Shown: piece after piece, positions 1 to 11,799 of the stretch
Position numbering within the stretch: the first letter of the stretch is position 1
Layout: every line of letters starts with the position of its first letter
Origin: Octopus vulgaris
Lineage: Eukaryota
Reading direction: 5' to 3'
NCBI GenBank assembly: GCA_951406725.2
Contig: OX597824.1
Location: 49,290,001-49,354,000, forward strand
DNA length: 64,000 bases
Position numbers and translations under genes: made by a program
Notes under the pieces: model-generated
Databases searched by the model: none
Seen by the model: the letters and a program-made list of their open reading frames with translations, nothing else
Told to the model about the DNA's origin: nothing

Positions 1-419
1 AGACTAGAGTCCTTGACCTAAAAGTTTAGTCTGTCAGTTTGCCTCTTATCACCCAAATCAGTCAATTACTTTGACTGTTTATGATTGGTGGTAACCATCA
101 ACAGTGTCTGCTCTTATTATTTATAGGTAAAACTAATGGGATGCGATTTGGGAAACAGCTTTCTTTTTGCCCTGCCCATGGAAAGAAATGAAGTCAATAT
201 TCCAAACCAATGAAATGCAACTGATATTGGTGAACCAACACACCTTACAAACCCAATTACATATTGGTATGCTGATACATTGATAGTCAAGAGGGACATT
301 GTGCAGAGTTACTAACAAAATACAATGCCTTAACACTTTAATTCAGTGTCTGGAGGCATAACTCAACTATTGATAGTTCTTTAAAATTTAATAGATACAT
401 TTTAGTCTTGTGAGTAACA

Positions 420-675
420 AGACAACCTCACTAGTGCCAGTGCCATGAAAAAAAGCACTCAGCACACTCTGTAAAGTGGTTGGTGTTAGGAAGGACATCC
501 AGCCATAGTGACCAAGCTAAAACTGAGACACAGGAGTGAGACATGGTCCTCTGACTTGTTGAATCCTGTCTTATCAACCAACCCATGTCAGTATGGAAAG
601 CAGATGCAATAATGATGACGATGTCGATGACGACAACGATGATGACAGCGGTAATGATGACAATCACAACAACAA
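420..675 (+). mobile_element. Decayed RTE-type LINE/SINE 3' end with (GAT)n-like tail
   Basis: Contains AACCCATGTCAGTATGGAAAG followed by degenerate GATGATGAC repeats. The same 3' motif ends the RTE copies at 27011 (-) and 60810 (+). Confidence 0.6.
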
Positions 676-2550
676 TGATGAATAGTTATATTTATAGATA
701 TTATTGACTGGTCAAACATTGTTACCAGTTTTGTATTGTGATCCTGACAAAAAAAAAACCTCACCCAAAACATTTAAGTGTCAATGGTCTTATCCATCTG
801 TGTGTAAATAGGTACTATGAGGAAGTATAATCAATCACTATAAATAGGGACTGTGAAGAAAACTATAATTTGCAATTATTGCATTTGCTTGCAGCACTTA
901 AATATTCTTTAGGGGAAAAACCTATTAGAGACTTGCATTCATATCGAACATGAGAACCATCTTTTAACTGTTGAATGTTGCCAAGAAAATGCATTAGAAT
1001 TCATTTCAATTTTTTATTTAAAGCCTTAACTAGTTTCACAAATATATACACACATAAAGATCATCATCATTATCTTAATTGTCATCATTGTTATTTAACA
1101 TCCATGTTCTTGGCTGGTATGAGCAGCAAATACTTATATGAACTCACACAAACAAAACACACCCACATGTACACATGTATATGAACCCCTAATCACATGG
1201 TTCCTAAGTGAATTCCTTAGCCAGTTTCTGTAAAATAAATTCTCAAAATAGCTCAGAATTATGATACTTTTTTCTTCCATACACAAATACATGTATACAT
1301 ACACGCACAAAATATACACTCAATTTTCTATTTTGATATTATCCGTAGTCAGTAAAACATTAAAAACAAACAAAAAAAAAAAGCTACTGGCAGTTTCAAC
1401 TTCATGTAATTGGCATTCAGTCCATGACAGATCATTAAAGTAGGGTGTCTGCAGTGTGGGTCTTGGCCACCAGTTTCCCACCATGACATTCTTTAGCTTT
1501 CTCTAGCCTTGTGTGCTTTCTACTGAGCATTTAATTAACAATCTCTGTCTGATGAACTACATGTAGTAGTGCTAATAGTTGTAGAAACAACTGAAGAAGA
1601 ACCACCACCACCACTGCTGCTGCCACCACCACTACAACCACTGCCACCACCACTACAACCACTGCCACCCCCACCTCACCCCACCCCTCGACTACCACTG
1701 GCTGGACTTGAATGCAGATTCCCTCTTAAGAAAGTCCAGCACTTTACTATTCAGCTCACCATCCAAGCTATCCAAGCTAGACACCAGATAATACTTTCTA
1801 AAACTGACAGATTCATTAACCTAGTTCTGAGAAATGATTGGTCTGACGCCCGCCCTGTAAATGGCCTGACTGCCTGGCATTCATTTCAAGGCAGACATTT
1901 AGTGGCAAAGCAACAACTATGCACATTGCCATTGAAAATTCTAGTTATCAACCTAGAAAAAAAATTACCTAATTTGTTTATGATGAAGGTAAATGATATT
2001 ATATAATAAGCTATGTAAATTATGCATTTTAGAAGAAACATATTTCTTTTTTCTTTTTAATTGTTTGTTTACTTATTCTTTCATTGGTTCCAGTCTCTGG
2101 ACTGTGGCCATGCTGGAGTGCTGTCTTCTATGGTATTGTCAGTTATATCAACCCTAGTACTTTTATTATTCATTGGTGCTTTAAAAATATTTTTTGCTTT
2201 GGTGATTTGATCTGGATGAACAGGATGTGTTTACAGTCTTTCTAGAACATTCAAAACTTGTGAAACTAATGAACTATGAACATTTGAACTATTGAACTAA
2301 TGAACATTTGAACTCTTGCAAGTCAACCAATGCTGCAAAAAACAGGTACAGGGAAAGAAATACCAGAGAGATGGTCTTCTGAAACGAAAGAATGAAGAGG
2401 CCATGACAAGATTTGGAGAGTAGGGCAGACACAATATGGATAATAAGAGAAGGATTAGGCTGTGATTTTGGAGTGTCAAAGCGAAAGTGGTATGAGCCCA
2501 GTTAGAGGAACAGAGGCCATTTGAGTAGCTGTAGAGAGGAGAGGTAGTAT

Positions 2551-2625
2551 GGCTGTGAGTCAGAGATTGGGGTGTCTATGAGTCACAGGTTGGAGTGGCT
2601 GTGAGTTAGAGGTTGGAGTGACTCC
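2551..2625. repeat. ~23-bp minisatellite, about 3 units
   Basis: TGGCTGTGAGTCAGAGATTGGGG / TGTCTATGAGTCACAGGTTGGAG / TGGCTGTGAGTTAGAGGTTGGAG. Confidence 0.65.
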
Positions 2626-2704
2626 AAGCCAAGCAGTGGTATAGTCTTTCTCAGAATGTGGCCAAGGATATATATCTGTGTCACAGCAGTACTGACCCAA
2701 ATAT

Positions 2705-2890
2705 CCTTTCTATTATAGGCACAAGGCCTGAAAATTTGATGGGGGTGGGTTAGTGAATTACATCAACCTTGGTGCTCAAATGGCACTTATTTTGTCAATC
2801 CTGAAAGGATGAAAGGAAAGTCAAACATAAAGTCAAATTGCAGCTAAGTGTTTTGTCCAGCATGTTAATGATTCTGCCAGCTTTGCCTTC
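2705..2890 (-). mobile_element. SINE family B, decayed copy
   Basis: Reverse complement matches the 18308-18520 SINE (CTTTCATCCTTTCAGG core, GGCCTTGTGCC tail). Confidence 0.65.
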
Positions 2891-3286
2891 AAACACTGAT
2901 CCAAATGAGAGAGCAATATTCCATTGAACTTTGTAGAGCTGTGTCAATTATTGTTGGTAACTGAAGTATTTTCTTTTCCTGAAGAGGAAGGCCAGTTTTC
3001 AAGATGTTGTTGTTGCTACATTGAGTTTTATGTTAACTAGGGAACATCCTTAGTAATGGTGAGATCAAGCATTTGTAGCAATCTCAAGGGTTATAATTGT
3101 GTGCTGTTCATGTTAAGGGATGGCAAGAGTACCGTGTTTTCTTGTTCCATATTGTGATTGTGTCTTTGTGTTGTTTAAGAAGACAAGATTGACATAAATA
3201 ATTCCATTGGATGATGTTTTAAATTCTCTATTGATGGACACACCCTACCTCCTTGACTTAGTGGAACATCATGGATGAGACAACTG

Positions 3287-3317
<31 letters not shown>

Positions 3318-3783
3318 GTGGAGTGCACTAGTACTAAGTTGGTACTCATTTGGGGCTGAGTTGACTGGAGCAACATAAAATAAAGTACCTTATCAAGTAC
3401 ACAACATATTATCTGATCCAGTATTTAAACCTATGATCTCTAACTATCAGGCTATGTACCTTCACTACTGAAAAATCTAACAAATGCTTTAAAGTGACAT
3501 AAATATTCATTATTTGTAATTCAAAGGGGCTATTGCAGCCCATGAAGTAGATCAATATTGAGGTTATTGTATGTTAAAGACTGTAATTTAAACACTTCAT
3601 ATCACTGCAGCCATTCTGCTACTATGAAATTCTCTACATAAATCCCACCCAATCTATAAAATATGGTATTCCATACAGATGGAATCTGAATTATTTTATA
3701 TCTACTTTTGTATTTCAACAAATATACAGTCTTATTGATTCTTTTGTCATTAATTCAGGAAATATGGTGAAGATTGTGATTTG

Positions 3784-3816
3784 CTGATGAGGTCAGAATA
3801 AGACCAAAATATGTTG
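3784..3816 (+). ncRNA. Degenerate minimal hammerhead ribozyme motif
   Basis: CTGATGA-GGTC-agaataa-GACC-aaaa-tatgtt. Stem II is intact. The GAAA and GUC positions are altered in a way consistent with CpG decay. Confidence 0.4.
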
Positions 3817-4849
3817 GGAATTATTCCCTGTACCTGATATAGAAACTAGGATTTTTTCCTTCTTGCAAAATATTTTTAGTTAATTTATTTTAATGTTTCC
3901 TGTTAACTGATATGTTAACAGTAACTTATCTATAAAATATGTATGAGTAATATATAGTAATATATGAGTTTACATCAGTTTTAGTAAATGAAAACCAGGT
4001 TTTATAGTATTATTTATGTTTATTGCTATGGTCACATGACAGTTTTGTTTGCATAGTAACCAATGGCATAGAGAGGCGAATATTGGAATTGAGAGGTTGA
4101 TGGAGTAAAAGAATATGTGAGTCTATGAGCAGAAATACCATGTGATATATGACTAAGTGCCTAGTTACACCACAATGTCATAATGTTTTACTGAAGATTG
4201 ATAAAGAAAAGAAAAATATTTTTGTATTTTCTTTTTCTTTTTTCTATTCTTTCACGTTTATTACATAAAGTAAGTTTGTTTGCATTGTGATTTTAAATAC
4301 TTCAGTTTCTTGTATGGAACATCATCATCATCATTATCATTGTCTTTAAACATCCATCTTTTAATATCTATTTTCCATGCTGGCATGGGTTCTATGTTCA
4401 TAAAAAATAATAATAAGAAATTGACAGCTGAAGCAAAATCCTGATAAACTATTTAGTTGTCAGTTCACGTGCTGATAGTTGATGGTTGGTTTTATTGGTT
4501 GTTGTTGTTATTGTTAATGTTGCTTAACTTCTTTACTGCAAAGTTCATTTTTTTTCTTATGGGAGCTAATTATACTAATACTAAATAAGTGCATATATGG
4601 CTGTATGGTTAGGGAATTTACCTCGTGGCCAAACAATTTCAGGTTCAATTTCACTGCACAGCACCTTGAGCAAGTGTCTTTTTACTATAACCTTGGGCCA
4701 ACTAATGCCTTGTGAGTGAATTTGATAGATAGAAACTGCGAAAAGCCAATTGTATTCCCCACACACACACACATACACTCACACTCACACATGCACATGC
4801 ACACACATACGCACGCACACACACAAACACATACACACATATATATGGT

Positions 4850-5022
4850 CCAAATGTATAGAAAAAAAAGGAGACAGGTGAAGGAACAACAAGCAGGTGT
4901 ATTAGTTTGATGTTTGGGAAAAATAGAAAAGTCTTTGATGTTTCGAGCCTACACTCTTCAACAGAAAGGGATGAGAAGGAAAAAATGGAGAGAGAGAAAA
5001 AAACATGTCAGGTTTAATGGTT
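4850..5022 (-). mobile_element. Non-coding hammerhead-bearing mini-element (motif at 4931-4968)
   Basis: Minus strand reads CTTT-CTGTTGA-A-GAGT-gtag-GCTC-GAAA-CA-TC-AAAG. Homologous to 30385-30595 and flanked by TA/CA repeats. Confidence 0.65.
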
Positions 5023-5044
5023 ACACACACACACACACATATAT

Positions 5045-5260
5045 TCTTATTCTTTTACTTGTTTCAGTCATTTGACTGCAGCCATGCTAGAGTACCACCT
5101 TTTAGTCGAAGAAATTGACTCCAGGACTTATTCTTTTGTAAGCCTGGTACTTAATCTATAGGTCTTTTTTACTAAACCACAAAGTTATGGGGATGTAAAC
5201 ACACCAACATTGGTTGTCAAGAGATGGTGGGGGCGACAAACATAGACACAAAGACACACA
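5045..5260 (-). mobile_element. SINE family A, 3' half
   Basis: Reverse complement of the GCATGGCTGCAGTCAAATGACTGAAACAAGTAAAAG tail and of the body seen at 30865-31224. Confidence 0.75.
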
Positions 5261-5284
5261 CATAAATATATATACATACATACA

Positions 5285-5315
<31 letters not shown>

Positions 5316-5322
5316 GTATATA

Positions 5323-6614
5323 CGAGGGGCGTTCAATAAGTAATGCCCCTGACCCACTTCCCATAGCAGTAGAGCAACGAAACTTGGCACAGTTATTTGT
5401 CTTTTTCTACATAGGAACCACCCAGAGTTACGCATTTCTCCCATCGTTTGATGCGGCTCTGGAGACCGTTTTTGTAGAAGAACCCAGCTTGGTCCTCCAA
5501 CCTCAACGTGACTTCAGAAATCAAGGCTGCATCATCTGGGAAATGCTTTCCTTTCAAAAACAACTTCATGATTGGGAAGAGGTGAAAATCAGAGGGTGCA
5601 AGGTCAGGAAAGTAGGGGGATGGGGAGGAGTTCATAGCCATACGCCTGTGCTTCTGATCTGGCAACAAGCGAGTTGTGGACCGGAGCGTTGTCCTGCAGG
5701 AGGAGGATGCCTTTGCTGATCTTGCTCCGCCTCTTGATTTTGATAACTTCTCTCTTAATTTTCTCAAAAGTGAAGCATAATAGGCTCCTGCAATTGTGGT
5801 ACCCTTTGCCAGGAAATCTGTCATCACTACTCCGTCCTGGTCCCAGAAGACTGTGAGCATGACCTTGCCAGCAGAGGGCTGCACCCTTGCCTTCTTTGGA
5901 GGGAGTGAGTCACGGTGCTTCCACTGCATTGACTGGGCTTTAGTCTCTGGATCATCGTGATGGACCCAGGTTTCATCCTGTGTAATCAGTCTTTTGAAAA
6001 AATTTTGACTCATTTTCTTGGCACATCTCCAAATTCACCCTCGAGCACTCGATGCGTTCTTGCTTCTGGAAAGGCGTGAGCAACCTGGGAATCCATCTGG
6101 CAGACACCTTTTGCATATGCAAATGGTCATGAATGATAGTTTCCACAGACCCGGTACTAATCTTGACCTCATGGGCTATTTGGCGAATAATTATGCGTCG
6201 ATCTTCCAAAATGGCAGCCTCAACTTGACGGACAGATGCCTCATCAATGGCAGAAGGGGGCGACCAGATCTGGGAGCTGTTTCCACAGAGTTCCGACCAT
6301 GTTTGAATTCACGATGCCAGCATTTTACAAGGTCATATGATAGGGCATCATCACCATAAGTTACTTTCATTTCATCAAAAGTCTCCCGTGTAGTGCGTCC
6401 TTTCAAACACAAAAACCGGATCACTGCTCGACACTCAACAGGCTCCATTTCACACTTGACTCGGTTCAAACACCTGTAAATCAGAAACCACAATTAATTC
6501 AGAGCTGTAATTTGCCACTTCCTCTATAGAGATATAAATGATTGCACATGCAAAATTTCAGCTAGATCAAACAACTGCAAGTGGGTCAGAGGCATTACTT
6601 ATTGAACGTCCCTC

Positions 6615-6615
<1 letters not shown>
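5323..6615 (-). mobile_element. Full-length mariner transposon (irritans-like); transposase 6448->5393 frameshifted
   Basis: ~35-bp TIRs CGAGGG(G/A)CGTTCAATAAGTAATGCC(C/T)CTGACCCAC, TA on both sides, 1293 bp. Motifs WIPRLLT, ITQDETW, VMLTVFWD and PDLAPSDFHLF are split over several frames. Confidence 0.95.
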
Positions 6616-6649
<34 letters not shown>

Positions 6650-6654
<5 letters not shown>

Positions 6655-7688
6655 GGATGAATGAATTATCCTTTGTTTACCGTTAACATGGAAAATTCAA
6701 TAAACAGTTGCCAGGGTAGCAAAATTCACGCAAGTAACACAGATGAAGCGACCTATTCAAAGGTAGAAACTCCGGTTTAATGTGCAGTAATTTGTGTATT
6801 ATAAGTAAATAAATGGAGTTGAATGAAGATGTTATTAAAATTCTTTTACTTGTGACATATGTTTCGAAGACAACATGGTATTATTCCAAAGGAATAAAAG
6901 GTGTAAAGTGCAATCTTCTCATCAGGAAAGAAAGAGAGCCTATTTCAACAACAAGACATTATAACAATTACGTTGACTACCTAAATGATAAACAGAAAGT
7001 TATTAAGTATTTTTAAAAAACCGTTAGTAGATTCAACGTCAAAGGCAGATACTAAGAAGAGAAGGGTTAAAGAAATAATAAGTAGAGAACAAATAAAGGG
7101 GGATACGTTGGTTGAAAAAATGTTCAAAGGCTAAGAAGTAGATTTCTCTATTGAAGTAAAGTGCAAGTTAAACTAACCGTTCAAACTATAAAGATTGGCG
7201 AAATCACTTATATGAGTTAAAGGTATGTTTCTGCCAGTGTTTACATTTGCAAGATCGCTGTATAAGTGTGTTAACAAGGTGATTCTTAGAGAAAAGAATA
7301 TGGAAGAGTTCAGAGTTGCAAATGTTACAAAATCCCTTACCCTTATCGTAAGGAAAAGATATGGACAGGATGAACCAATCTAACTTAAAATCTTTATTGT
7401 TGTCTTTAAGATGCCAAACCAATTTACTTAGCCCTGTGCTATGACGTTTTCTGCTATCCCTAAATGATGAATAATGATTTGAAATTCTCTTAGATAACTG
7501 GGAAGAGGATGCGCCTATGTAGAAGTAGACATCGGTACCGGAAGAAATTTTACACTGGTATATAGAATTCTTGATCTTAGAATTATTAGACATAAATTTA
7601 ATTCTGTTGGGGTTGTCCTCAGAGATCAAAACCATGTTTTTATTGCTATGACTATTATTATTATTATTATTATTATTATTGTTAATAC

Positions 7689-7740
<52 letters not shown>

Positions 7741-7747
7741 AATACTG

Positions 7748-7778
<31 letters not shown>

Positions 7779-7813
7779 TATTATAATGTGAGGGGTTGGA
7801 ATTAACAAGATTA
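6650..7813 (-). mobile_element. Penelope-like element, inverted copy: GIY-YIG endonuclease plus pseudo-LTR
   Basis: ORF 7204-7635 has SIYQ..YFYIG..KRISNH, CNICNSE and CKCKH, typical of the PLE GIY-YIG C-terminus. It is an inverted near-duplicate of the plus-strand copy ending at 10163. Confidence 0.85.
6849..6930 (-). ncRNA. Type I minimal hammerhead ribozyme in PLE pseudo-LTR (core intact, stem I mismatched)
   Basis: Minus strand reads CTTTC-CTGATGA-GAAGA...TCTTC-GAAA-CATATG-TC-ACAAG, with palindromic stem III ACATATGT and a GUC cleavage triplet. Confidence 0.75.
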
Positions 7814-8147
7814 TTAAGCTCAAATTTTCACTCTAGAGATTTTACATCTTCCTTTAAAGATAATACCAGTTACAATTTAAATGTTACTAGGAAAAATATC
7901 TGGTTTGTAATTCCGTTTGGAAAATAAATTAAATCGAATCTTCCTTTGCTATTCCATGAAGTGGTTGGTAAGTACTTTCCAAAAAATTCTAGATATTATT
8001 CGATTATTAACTCTCATATAGTTAGAGTTGCCTTCTCCAACACAAAGAATCTTTCACAAATTATATCTTCTCACAATACCAATCTGCTAAATAAAAGTTT
8101 ATTTTCTGGGAGTTCCAACATTAATCTTGTTAATTCCAACCCCTCAC

Positions 8148-8236
<89 letters not shown>

Positions 8237-8253
8237 AAGAAGAAGAAGAAGAA

Positions 8254-9196
8254 GATGATGAAGAAACAACAAAAGCTATAAAACAAATGAAATCCAAACT
8301 AAAAATAGAACAGCAACGAACCATGATAAAACGATGGCAAGAAAAGCCCCTTCATGGTAAATACTGCACTAAACTAAACGCAAAAGAAATAGTCAAAGAA
8401 AAATCCCAGCAATGGTTGAGAAGCTCAGGACTCAAAGCAGAAACAGAGGGATTTTTAATTGCAACACAAGACCAAAGCCTCCCCACCAGAAATTACCAAA
8501 AACATGTAATGAAAAGAAATATTACAAGTAACTGCAAAATATGTGGAGATGGACAAGAAACAATAAATCATATTATCTCTAGCTGCCCAGTCCTGGCTAA
8601 GAAGGAATATATTCACAGACATGACAGAGTTGGAACCTACATACATTGGAAGCTATGCCAACATTATGGAATAACAACAGAAAAAAGATGGTATTGGCAC
8701 ACACCAGAAAAGGTCACAGAAAACGAGAAAGCAACCATACTCTGGGATATGCCGATACACACAGATAGAGAAATTAAGGCCAACAGACCAGATATAGTTG
8801 TCAGAGATCATGAAGAAAAAAAATGCTTTCTAATTGATGTATCAATACCGGCAGATGACAACGTGTCTCTAAAAGAAATGGAGAAACTCTCAAAATACAA
8901 AGACCTGGAAATAGAGGTAACTAGAATGTGGAATCTGAAAACAGAAACAATTCCTATCATAGTAGGTGCATTAGGCATGATAAAAAAATATTCAGACAAA
9001 TACATAACAAAAACACCAGGACTTACAAACACATATAACATACAGAAAATTGCACTACTAGGCACTGCACACATCCTACGCAGAACACTTTCCATACAAT
9101 AACCATCAGAGCATCACAACAAATCACAGCACATACCCAAGGCACACAGAGCTGCGCTCGGTAGTGAAGTGAAAGCACGCTATAAAAATAAAACTA

Positions 9197-9200
<4 letters not shown>
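8254..9200 (+). mobile_element. R4/Dong-clade non-LTR retrotransposon 3' fragment (CCHC knuckle plus restriction-like endonuclease)
   Basis: ORF 8287-9102 has WQEKPLHGKY, QDQSLPTRNY, CKIC..ETINHIISSC, RHD, RPDIVV..LIDVSIP, KLSKYKDL and IIVGALG. It is flanked by (TAA)n on both sides. Confidence 0.9.
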
Positions 9201-9240
<40 letters not shown>

Positions 9241-9287
9241 CAACAACAGTATTATTTATAATAATAATAATAATATTAATAGGATTA

Positions 9288-9327
<40 letters not shown>

Positions 9328-10038
9328 TAGCAATAAAAACATGGTTTTGATCTCTGAGGCATTTTGATCCCTAACAGCATTAAATTTATGTCTAATAATT
9401 CTAAGATCAAGAATTCTATATACCAGTGTAAAATTTCTTCCGGTACCAATGTCTACTTCTACATAGGCGCATCCTCTTCCCAGTTATCTAAGAGAATTTC
9501 AAATCATTATTCATCATTTAGGGCTAGCAGAAAACGCCATAGCACAGGGCTAAGTAAATTGGTTTGGCATCTTAAAGACAACAATATAGATTTTAAGTTA
9601 GATTGGTTCATCCTGTCCATATCTTTTCCTTACGATAAGGGTAAGGGATTTTGTAACATTTGCAACTCTGAACTCTTCCATATTCTCTTCTCTAAGAATC
9701 ACCTTGTTAACACACTTATAGAGCGATCTTACAAATGTAAACACTGGCAGAGAAACATATAAGTGATTTCGCCAGTCTTTATAGTTTGAACAGTTAGTTT
9801 AACTTGCACTTTACTTCAATAGAGAAATCTACTTCTTAGCCTTTGAACATTTTTCTACCAACGTATCCCCCTTTATTTGTTCTTTACTTATTATTTCTTT
9901 AACCCTTCTCTTCCTAGTATCTGCCTTTGACGTTGAATCTACTAACGGTTTTTTTAAAATACTTAATAACGTTCTGTTTATCATTTAGGTAGTCATCGTA
10001 ATTGTTATAATGTCTTGTTGTTGAGATAGGCTCTCTTT

Positions 10039-10120
10039 TTTTCCCGAAAAGAAGATTGCATTTTATACCGTTTATTCCTTTGGAATAATACCATGTTGTC
10101 TTTGAAACATATGTCGAAAG
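10039..10120 (+). ncRNA. Hammerhead motif in second PLE pseudo-LTR (core mutated, stem I arm intact)
   Basis: TTTTC-CCGAAAA-GAAGA...TCTTT-GAAA-CATATG-TC-GAAAG, a paralog of 6849-6930. Confidence 0.6.
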
Positions 10121-10171
10121 TAAAAGAATTTTAATAACATCTTCATTCAACTCCATTTATTTACTGTAGAG

Positions 10172-10466
10172 CAGTGTTTTGCAACAGGGTCACATGGCAC
10201 TTGGGGATCCATATAACATTTTGTTGTTAAAATTTATCTGAAATAAATTGGTTAAACTTCTACAATACACAAAATATTTTAATAATTCTTTGGTACAATT
10301 CCTAATAGTATTTAATTATCTTTGGTATCTTAAGCATGAAATGGCTTGGAGAGTCCATCTGAATCAACGGGGTGCTCTAGCATGGCTGCAGTCAAATGAC
10401 TGAAACAAGTAAAAGAATAAAAGGATAAAAAGGAGTCCACAGGTAATAAATGGTTGAGAAACACTG
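10172..10466. mobile_element. hAT (Charlie/MER5-like) MITE
   Basis: TIRs CAGTGTTT(T/C)(G/T)CAAC and an 8-bp TSD CTGTAGAG/CTTTAGAG. It carries a SINE-A tail fragment at ~10370-10420. Confidence 0.8.
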
Positions 10467-10960
10467 CTTTAGAGGAATTACTTGGTTAATCACATTATAG
10501 AAGGGTGGGTGAAAGTAACTGAGGTGGAGCTGGAAAAAATGATAAAATAGTGGTGAAGAGGTGTCAGGGTGGATCCTGAAAATATAAGGTGAGTAAAAAT
10601 GAATGAGGACAAGAGAACAGGGAATCTGGGTGGGTGGAAGTTGGAAGACTGCAAGAAAGAGTGAGAAATAGTTAGAAATGGGGAATAGGATAGGAGGAGT
10701 GAATATAATGAATGAACAAGAGATTAAGAATGACAAGTAGAGCAGGTAGGGAACAACAGTAGAAATTAGGTAGGGTTCAGGGGTGGATGTAGTGATAAGA
10801 GATGGTGGTGACCAGTGATGCATATGAATAGGTAGAAGTAGGGGAGAGTAGATGACTGGCAGTGTTGAAAGAGGAGGGGATGAAGAACAGCTGAATAGTA
10901 ATAATGATATAGTAGACTGGAGAAGAATGAGAGGGTATGAGCAAAAGATATGTCTTTCTG

Positions 10961-11000
<40 letters not shown>

Positions 11001-11002
11001 CC

Positions 11003-11060
<58 letters not shown>

Positions 11061-11082
11061 AATATAATTATTATTTGAGGGA

Positions 11083-11114
<32 letters not shown>

Positions 11115-11799
11115 CCTTCACAAGCATCATTGTGTGTATGTGTGTGTGGGGTGTATGTACATGTATGCATGTGTGTATTGTGTATGTATGCTTATTTGTA
11201 AATATATGGGTATTTTTATATTTATGACCGAATGTCAGTATATTTACAAAAGTTTCACAAGCAATATATTTATTACTTCATATGCTTATTATATAATATA
11301 CTTGTATACTTATTACTGATAAAAAACAAACCATAATCTATTGATTGTGAATCACCACATGCTTCCAAGACATAAAATCTCAAATAATAAAACCCAGCAT
11401 AGTCTGGCCCCTAGGCTACAGAAAATTAGAGTGATCAAACAATCTATCAAATCAACCAACCAGGCAACCAACCAGCAATGACCTTAGGACTATTAACCAG
11501 ACAAAGAAAGAACAGACATCAACAGCAATAGTAGCAAGAACAATACTAGCAGTAGTATTATAATTATTAGTGCTATAATTTTTGCTTTTCATGCTAGCAT
11601 AGATTTGAATGCACCATGTCTGCAGTATATCACTTCTTACATATTGGTCTTATCTGGAAGGTCTTGCATTATCAGATTATCTGATTCATATTAAGTCTTA
11701 GTTATAATATTACTTCACTTCTGCCACAGATCTTTTCCACTGTTAATATACAGAAATTTTTCACCCAACCATCAAATGAATAAATCCAATAATATAACT

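Larger units (their letters stand above)
7815..10163 (+). mobile_element. 5'-truncated Penelope-like element (RT thumb/linker, poly-Asn, GIY-YIG, pseudo-LTR), interrupted by a LINE
   Basis: RKNIWFVIPFGK*..KYFPKNSRYYSIINSHIVRVAFSNTKNLSQIISSHN resembles the PLE thumb/linker. GIY-YIG ORF at 9364-9762. The 3' end stops at a hAT MITE. Confidence 0.85.

Noticed and set aside
1569-2006. 145-aa proline-rich ORF
   Set aside because: Driven by a CCA-type trinucleotide repeat, non-ATG start and no recognisable domain.
6813-7016. Conserved small protein (67 aa here, 80 aa at 9914-10156)
   Set aside because: Antisense reading of the duplicated PLE pseudo-LTR; the similarity is explained by the duplication.
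8287-9102. Host nuclease gene
   Set aside because: It is the C-terminal part of an R4-clade retrotransposon ORF, 5'-truncated and flanked by TAA repeats.
10392-10930. 143-aa ORF in a purine-skewed tract
   Set aside because: Low-complexity sequence with no domain or splice support.
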